Source: Octopus vulgaris (taxonomy: Eukaryota). From it: DNA of 64,000 nt. Both the position numbers and the translations under genes were made by a program. Below, in pieces: positions 55,926-64,000 of this stretch. The notes beneath the pieces were generated by a model. It was not told the DNA's origin. It was given only the letters and a program-made list of their open reading frames with translations, and ran no database searches. The stretch spans positions 62,496,001 to 62,560,000 of the forward strand of contig OX597821.1 in the NCBI GenBank assembly GCA_951406725.2. Direction: 5' to 3'. Position 1 is the stretch's first letter; each line of letters opens with the position of its first letter.

Positions 55926-56204
55926 GAATTTTGGCGAGCTTCCTCTTAGTTTCCGTTCACCCTCTCTGTCCCCCTCGTCTTCCTATAGGTTCTCAGTGCT
56001 GCTGCAATTACTCACACGATAGGTTGGACATTTAATAGTTCTACCTAAAAATGTGTAAACCTTTTGTATTACCTCCTATGTTTTCTAAAACTCTGAGATG
56101 TTTAGGTCTTAGCTACGATGTAATTTTCCATAGATAAATTCCTTTATCGCTAATACGATGGGGTGATTACGGATAGCTTTTTAACACTTTGAGATGTTGT
56201 TTAT

Positions 56205-56453
56205 TGTGTGGTAAGAAGCTTGCTTATCACTCACACGGTTCCGGGTTCAGTTCCACTGTGTGGCATCTTGGACAAGTGTCTTCTCCTATAGCCTCGGGCC
56301 GACCAAAGCCTTGTGAGTGGATTTGGTAGACGGAAACTGAAAGAAATCCGTCGTATATATGTATATATGTGTATGTGTGTATATGTTTGTGTGCCTGTGT
56401 TTGCTCCCCGCCTCAACATCACTTGAGAACTGATGCTGGTGTGTTTGCGTCCC
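56205..56453 (+). mobile_element. SINE family A, 3'-truncated, abutting a LINE fragment
   Basis: Homology ends at gtgtttgcgtcccc, where LINE RT sequence begins. Confidence 0.88.
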
Positions 56454-56454
56454 C

Positions 56455-56790
56455 TAGAGCGCAGTTGTAGTATTTCGTTATGGCGCTGGAATTCTGAAGT
56501 GGACAGAGGATGAACTAAAAGAGATGGATAGGAAGTCAAGAAATCTCTTAACAATGCATGGAGCCCATCAACAACGTACAGAAACTGATTGCCTTTTACA
56601 TGAAGAGAACAAATGGAGGAAAGGGACTGATAAGTGTGGAAGACTGCGTGCGAATAGAACGGACAGCATAATCAGGAAATTATTAGATAGCTGAAAAGAA
56701 CGAATAGCATGATACCGTAGACTGTATGTAGTAAGCCCTCTACCCATGCAAGACCTCAAGACCTCCAACAAAACTTGTGATAAAGAGTAA
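56455..56790 (+). mobile_element. R4/Dong-clade LINE, RT C-terminal fragment
   Basis: From 56461: AVVVFRYGAGILKWTEDELKEMDRKSRNLLTMHGAH...(frameshift)YMKRTNGGKGLISVED, typical of R4/Dong 'W...EL...DRKTRK..T....H...RLY..R..GGRGL'. Confidence 0.85.
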
Positions 56791-56814
56791 AAAACTGTTA
56801 CTATTATTATTATT

Positions 56815-57082
56815 CAGTAGTTTTATTTTAATAGCGTGCTTTCAGTTCGCTACCGAGAACAGCTCTGTGTGCCTTGGGTATGTGTTGTGATTTGTTGTGA
56901 TGCTCAGATGGTTACTGTATTGAAAGTGTTTTGCGTAGGATGTGTGCAGTGCCCAGTAGTGTAATTTGCTGTATGTTATGTGTGTTTGTAAGTCCTGGGC
57001 GTTTTTGTTACGTATTTGTCTGAATTTTTTTTTATCATGCCTAATGCACCTACTATGATAGCAATTGTTTCTGTTTTTAGAT
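56815..57082 (-). mobile_element. R4/Dong-clade LINE 3' end (REL C-terminus and 3' UTR)
   Basis: NLKTETIAIIVGALGMIKK, then (frameshift) LLGTAHILRKTLSIQ*; followed by (AAT)n on the sense strand. Confidence 0.85.
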
Positions 57083-57250
<168 letters not shown>

Positions 57251-57261
57251 ATTCCAGAATG

Positions 57262-57340
57262 AAATAAATGCAAAATATAGTTCTCATGAGAACTGCTCAT
57301 ATCCTACATGATGTATTGTCTATGTAATTCCCCAAACATT
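57262..57340 (+). mobile_element. Second R4/Dong 3'-terminal fragment
   Basis: MQNIVLMRTAHILHDVLSM*, matching the 'Q..VL..TAHILR.VL' terminus. Confidence 0.7.
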
Positions 57341-57499
57341 TTAATCTCTAAACAGTGTTAAAATATTTTGAAATGTAAACACCTTTTGCTGTCATCTTCA
57401 CATCACACTATCAACTTATAATCAAATTACTTTTAAAAACAAATTTTTAATTTACTTATGATCTGGCAACCATTACCTACAAACGATACTCTATGAAAA

Positions 57500-58300
57500 A
57501 TCAAATATATGACATCTTAGTCATAACAGCAACTTGAACGTTGAACACTGGTTGAGACTTGGAGTCAACTTGTACAAACACAATGCAAATGCCAAACATA
57601 TAATAATAATAATTTTTAATTTGAGATGAAGCAAAATTCTGAGGTATTGGATCTTTGTCGATTGGATACAATACAGCTAGTCGTATTTGGTATTTCGTCA
57701 ATCCGTAAACGATAAAGAATCAATATCAACTTTGTCCAGAACGTAAATGGTACTGGGGCCTCAGTACATTTATTTATTTCTGCTAATGTTAAGACTATTA
57801 CCATAATATAATATTGTAAAATAATATAATAATTTCTAATGTAGGCCGTACTGTATACATTTTGTGGGGGTGTATATCTAAGAAGGTCGACCTCATTATA
57901 TCACTGGTCATTATTTTACAAAGTCCGGAAGGAAATGTATTGACGTTTAACCTGATAAAATTTCAACTGAAAAATCTATACAGGAATACGCTTGTACGGC
58001 AAGCAATTTTGATAGAAATCTACCGAGTCTCCAAGCTACAAATTCTATTAGATTGCATATAACAGAAATGTAGGAAGCTAAACTAAAGAAAAAACAAAGA
58101 AGGTGAAATAAAATTAGGATGTACGTTACTGTAGCAGCAGGAGCAATATAATGGAGAGTTGAATCATACATCGCAATCTTTGAACCTTAAAACATTGCAT
58201 GAAAAACATAGCACTCCACACAGCTACAAGAGACGTTTACTTTAGATTCATGAACCGAAGAATCGAATTTAGAACTTTTCAACAAAGGTTGTAACAAAGC
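57500..58300 (-). pseudogene. Probable decayed cadherin-repeat coding segments
   Basis: QPLLKSSKFDSSVHES (58291-58244), DSTLHY, FSVEILSG, then LTLAEIN..EAPV, LRIDE, LAVLYPIDKDP and QVDSKSQPVFNVQVAV follow cadherin EC motif order (PxF..Y..SVxE, DxD, LDxE...YxLxV); no intact ORF. Confidence 0.45.
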
Positions 58301-58673
58301 AGATCAAAGGCGGTTTTCCCGAGAGATAAACGGTGACGGAAATGATGCAAAGGTCTCGACCAAATGCCGAATAAGGCAAACATTATCAGAACGAGATATT
58401 TAGCAATCAACAGCCCAGTGGAGAAATTCTGATTGTTGCTATATATTGCAAGTGTAAGCAATACTAACCAACCAGAACCGTAATAACAGAAGAGCAAATA
58501 AATATACAAGGCAATGAAATATCAATCTGGAAAAACCCTGGCATTGCCGAATCGTATGGTTATTGGATATGTAAAACTTGCCTATTGTTAGAGACTAGAA
58601 ATGGCTATTTATACGATAGCCTTTGTGCTAGAAAAAGAGAACATGCGGAAGAATCAATAATATAAAGGCAGTA

Positions 58674-58910
58674 AGGCGGCGAGCTGGCAGAAACGTTAGC
58701 ACTCCGGGTGAGATGCTTAGCGGTATTTCGTGTGCCGTTATGTTCTGAGTTCAAATTCCACCGAGGTCGAGTTTGCTTTTCATTCTTTCGAGGGAGGGGT
58801 CTATTAAATAAGTACCAGTTAAGTACTGTGGTCGATGTAATCGACTAAATCCCTTCGTCTGCCCTTGATTATCCCCTCTATATTTAGACCCCTGTGGGCA
58901 ATAAAGAAAT
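58674..58910 (+). mobile_element. SINE family B, full length
   Basis: aggcggcgagctggcagaaacgttagcac...gagttcaaattcc (B box)...aagtaccag...gggcaataaagaaata. Confidence 0.9.
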
Positions 58911-59103
58911 AATATAAAGTCAGTAGTTTTCGCTTTTTTGAAGGAGTCATACACAAAACGATGATAACCTAGTACCGATAATATTGATTTACATTAATGA
59001 CACCGAATACTCATAGGCATATACATGCATACCTATTTATACATATACATAAATATATATATATACACACATACATATATACATACATACATGCAAACAT
59101 ATA

Positions 59104-59168
<65 letters not shown>

Positions 59169-59393
59169 TGCCAAGTGACATAAGTCACCTGGCAGTAGAT
59201 TGAAACCCATTTAATTCCAAGATTAAAATAAAAGAATATTTTATATTAATCAAATTTTGAAAAACAAAACGGTGATTTTAACTCACAACATTCAATTATC
59301 AAGCATTCATAATTGGAATGAATAAATAAAATTGAGATTTAAGTATTTACGGAAATTTTGTTTTAATATCGGTTGACTTTTGGGCAACATCTG

Positions 59394-59431
<38 letters not shown>

Positions 59432-59484
59432 CACATAATACATACATATATGTATACAGACATACATACACTTATATCGATCTA

Positions 59485-59559
<75 letters not shown>

Positions 59560-59987
59560 GAATATATCATAATCCATGAATAGAATTTATAAATATTTAT
59601 CGTACATCATATCAGCACAGCTCGGTGCAACCGCATAAATCTGTTGTTTCCAGTTGGTTCAAAATGCTTCCCCTAGAGAACTAAATCGGATGTACGTTGC
59701 CTACCTCTTCTTAATAAACAAAAGAAAATGCATTGTAAATAAAGAACGACAGAAAGAAAACGTATACGTATACTGAGTGTAAAACCGGATGGGCGATAGA
59801 CACAAAGGGTCCTTAATTCTCTATCAGTTATCAACCAAACGGTAATATCCAGTTGGTGTGAAACTAAGTATTACAAGTTCGGTTCATAACTGTTGAAGAA
59901 TTAGGGATCAACTATATCTGTCTACCGTTCGGTTCTACACTCAGTAACATATACGCTTTTTATCAGTCGTTGTTTATTTACAATGCA

Positions 59988-60065
<78 letters not shown>

Positions 60066-61356
60066 GGAATATGATTCCAAACTTACAGGGAAAAATTCTA
60101 TTTAATAATACTAAATCAAATTTTACAATATATAATACATGTATATAAATTAGAGAAGAACCCCCATGTAGCAATTCAACAATGATATACTTAAATCATA
60201 CCATATAGAAAAAAAAATTCAAGATACGATAAAACTATTAACTAGAACTAAATAAAGTACGAAATGATAAATAAACAGAATATGTATAAATATATATAAA
60301 CAGAATATATATATATATCGTCGTTCATTTTGTTTTCCAGTACCTGTGTATATGTTCTCCTTTTAATCTACGCGTATTCATAGCACACGTAATTTATCTT
60401 TTTATGAGGTCTTTGAAGTTCGCTACCAAGTGTCTATACTGTTGTTACATTCATCAATCTGATTTAGCTTTCACTGGTGACAATGAATAAAATCGATAAG
60501 CCGGATTATCTCCAAGTTCTTTTTATACTTGTTATTCGAGTTATTCACATTTAAAAAATATGGAATTTTTTTTTATCATACTTTCAAAGCATTTATTTTC
60601 CTTTGCTATATGAACCATTTCCTTATGAAATTTGGTATAAGGTTTTCTTATTGCAATGAAATCCAATCTCCGGGCAACTTTTTGCACGGACATTTCCAAC
60701 TTACATCTCCACAAATACAGTTTAATGTTGTAAAATCTATCAAGACATTGGGAAAGTTTACGCAATTTTTTTTACAGTAATCTCCCAACTATCGCAGAAG
60801 TTACGTTCCAAAACCCTGCGCAAAAGGTGAAAATTCGGGAAGCAGAAACAGTACTGTACACTATACTCTTTAAAATTATTTTTGTAATTTGTATATACAT
60901 ATTTTATCATGAATGCAAAAGAACACCACAGAGGAATCGACGTAAGTTTAAAAATTAAACTGCGATAGGTGAACCGCGATATGGCGCGGGCTTACTGTAC
61001 TACTAATGTTTCACTTTTAGCGGCGGCAGATTGATAGAATCTAAAGCATCAAGTAAAAAATCCTGTGGTACCAAATCCTGGAAAGTTGCTGGCTTCGTAG
61101 TTAAATTATAAGCAAATATTACTTTGTCTCTTTATAAGTTATGATTTATTTACACATATCTAAAAGTAATTTGTATCACAACATTTGGCTGAAATTGGAC
61201 GCTTCCTTGAATACGAAACAGTATAAGGTTTATTAACCTATTTACCACTACGTCAAAATTATCCATCTACACACTTCGAGGAGTTTGTGATGATGGTCAA
61301 ACGGTTCGTAAATTCTACACTATATATATATATATAAACACACACATATATATATA

Positions 61357-61393
<37 letters not shown>

Positions 61394-61659
61394 TATATAT
61401 ATATAAATATACATATATATTTATACATACACACACACACACACATATTTATATATATATGTGTGTGTGTGTACATACGTATATACATATATGGGAAAGA
61501 AAACAAAATATGACAGGTTGTGCGTGTCATCTAACGCACTTCTCTTTAGCATAGGGGGATTATTTATTGTTCACATAAAGTAAAACTACAAATTGTGTAA
61601 ACCATACCTGCTGTGAAATTGCCAGAGAAATAAAATGCTTGGATGATATATATATACAG

Positions 61660-61817
61660 TGTGATTTTACGAAAAAAAAAAAACAAAAGACGAAGACAGG
61701 TGGTGTACAAAACAAACAGATGTATTAGTATAACGCTCTTTTACGTTTCGAGCCTACGCTCTTCTACAGAAAGGGACACAGAAAAAAACAAGGAGAGAAA
61801 AAAAAACATGGAGAGGA

Positions 61818-61820
<3 letters not shown>
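61660..61820 (-). mobile_element. PLE-like short element with HHR-like core (relative of the 5113/31907 family)
   Basis: Minus strand 61773-61738 reads CUUU-CUGUAGA-A-GAGC-GUAG-GCUC-GAAAC-GUA-AAAG (A6 is U); flanked by (TA)n. Confidence 0.62.
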
Positions 61821-61885
<65 letters not shown>

Positions 61886-62564
61886 AGAAAACATGTGACA
61901 ATTGTACTGGTGATCGAGAAGATGGATCGTGAGAGTAGTGAATCGGTAGTTGGCGGGGCGTGCTATAAATTGTCACAGAGGAAAACGACAAAAAGTATAG
62001 GAAAGCGTGTGATGAGAATGTTTGAAACACTCAACAACAATAAAACTGTCACTAAGAAAATGATCACATATACTTCATAGACGTCTTGAAAACACTCCTG
62101 ATATATGTTTTATCATATTGTTGTAAAATATCTGCTGTGTTATTTCAATATTTCTTGAACATGTAGTTTTACCGTAACTTGGTATTTAATATGGCCACGA
62201 ATCGCAAAGTGATCGCTCCTACTAGCACATGTGTACTCTAAGTTCATTACTTTTCATTCTTAAACGTCTCCGATGATTTGGTAACAAATGCTGATTCCGA
62301 ATTTTGTAATTTTGCTTTATGCTAACAATAAAAAGTTTGCGTTCATAAAATTTTGGTAAAATAGTGTAAGTAAACATCTGCTATTCAACCTCTCATGTTC
62401 ATATATATACATGTATATATATGTGTGTGTGTGTGTATGAGTACATACATACGTATGTATTATATATGTATAATATATATAAGCATACATATATTATATA
62501 TATATATATATGTGTTTGTATGTATATATACATATATTATATATATATATGTGTTTGTATGTAT

Positions 62565-62595
<31 letters not shown>

Positions 62596-63189
62596 CCCAT
62601 ACATACACACACACACATATATATACATATATACATGCATCCATCCATATATACATACATACTGTGGATAAACAAATCTGGGATTTACCTACATGGGATA
62701 AAATTATAATATAGAAACGGAAATTCACATGAGTTAATATTGGTTGTTTGTCAAACAATTTCAGCTTTTAATTGCACTAAAGCGAGCACATACACACACA
62801 CACAGACGTGTGTGTGTGTGTGTTTGTGTGTGTGTTTTCTATTTTTCTACTTTGCTTTCCGGAATTCTGATGTAGCGAGTGGTGCTAATGCTCATTCTGA
62901 CTTTGCAATTGCGCATCTTAACTTACCGTCTCACATCATGTTTCTGTGAAACTATATACATTATATTATTCCAGCGTTTTGACGACATTCGTATTCCACA
63001 ACTCTTGCTGCATGCTGTTAATTGCTAGGCCACGCTTACATTTATCGATTTTTCAATCATCAACGTTTCACACTGTTATTTGTCGAATCCAATTTTGACA
63101 TGTTTAGAAGAACTATCTAAAATCAGGACGACGAAAATATTAATTTCAATGTTTATTCTTAGTAAATAGCTCGAGTTGTCAATAAACGA

Positions 63190-64000
63190 CAAATGTGTTG
63201 TACACTGACAACACATTTCCATCTGAAAACATTTCTTCACTGTTAATTGTATCCATCTTTGGTTTTATGAAATACTACTGATAATATAAACACAGTAGTA
63301 AGAGGTATATTTCTTTAAAATCATTTTAAACATAAACAATAAGGTTGTTAATGCATGGCTTCTCAGTGGAATGCTGGTTAAAATGTTGCAGTATTCTATT
63401 GAGTCCATTCAGAAACTCGATTTTTAAAATTTCCTCTGGGTCGATATGACAAACGAAAAATTATTACTCCGGTGGGTCTGATGTAGTGTAAACTTTGCCA
63501 TGTAGAATGGGTTTGTCCCACTGCAAAATATTAAAAGAAATGATATCATCATTGCCATTATGGTTACTGCTATGGTAATTTCTTCTGTCATTATCGTCGT
63601 TATCATAACAACTGCGCATCTTTATTCTATCTAATATGTAATAGAAGCGATCGATAAAAAAATAATCAGGAATATCTTCGTCATCTGTTTGATAGATGTG
63701 ATTCAGCATCGTTAACTACATTTCTTAATTGCCAGCAACAACGTTGACAATCTGAGCAGTTGTTGGGGGATTAACAATGGAGATTTAGAGGTGGGGTTGT
63801 AAGTGTGGTAGTTGTAGAGCTGGTCACCAGATGGTCTTCCTGGCGCTAGATCATAGAGTTGGCGTTGTTTATAGATATAACGCTGTCACGGAATTTAATC
63901 TCTATATATCACGCAGGACATATTAGTTCGTACAATATTTGGATATAGTGAATTATGTTAGATAATACTGTTGGCATCACTTTATATAACTGTATGGGAA
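63190..64000 (-). pseudogene. Possible decayed cadherin-like coding segment
   Basis: Non-repetitive, coding-like text: AQIVNVVA, IYQTDDEDIPDYFFIDR, PTGVI, and a frameshifted EI(NSVT)..VISI; multiple stops; runs to the window edge. Confidence 0.35.

Overview
AT-rich, eukaryotic, repeat-dense DNA. It is packed with (TA)n, (CA)n, (TATC)n, (TATG)n, (TAA)n and (TGA)n microsatellites, and its SINE complement looks like that of an Octopus (coleoid cephalopod) genome; this is inferred from repeat style, not verified. I can support no intact protein-coding gene, and nearly all ORFs in the track are microsatellite or repeat artefacts. Recognisable content: (i) at least four tRNA-derived SINE families in many copies; (ii) decayed LINE fragments (CR1/L2-group RT end at 5.8-6.45 kb, RTE RT at 52.5-54.2 kb, R4/Dong RT and REL pieces at 19.9-20.1 and 56.5-57.3 kb); (iii) about ten short non-coding elements, mostly in or beside (TA)n, that carry minimal hammerhead-ribozyme (HHR) cores and/or an inverted copy of their own 3' region, the architecture of non-autonomous Penelope-like elements (PLEs); (iv) scattered, stop- and frameshift-riddled cadherin-repeat-like peptides, all on the minus strand (29 kb and 50-64 kb), possibly a long decayed cadherin pseudogene. 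The most notable items are the diversity of HHR fold-back elements, one HHR element with a tRNA-type Pol III head (22.15-22.5 kb), and one fold-back element with (TTAGGG)3 at its inversion junction (43.85 kb). All calls were made by eye, without alignment or folding tools.
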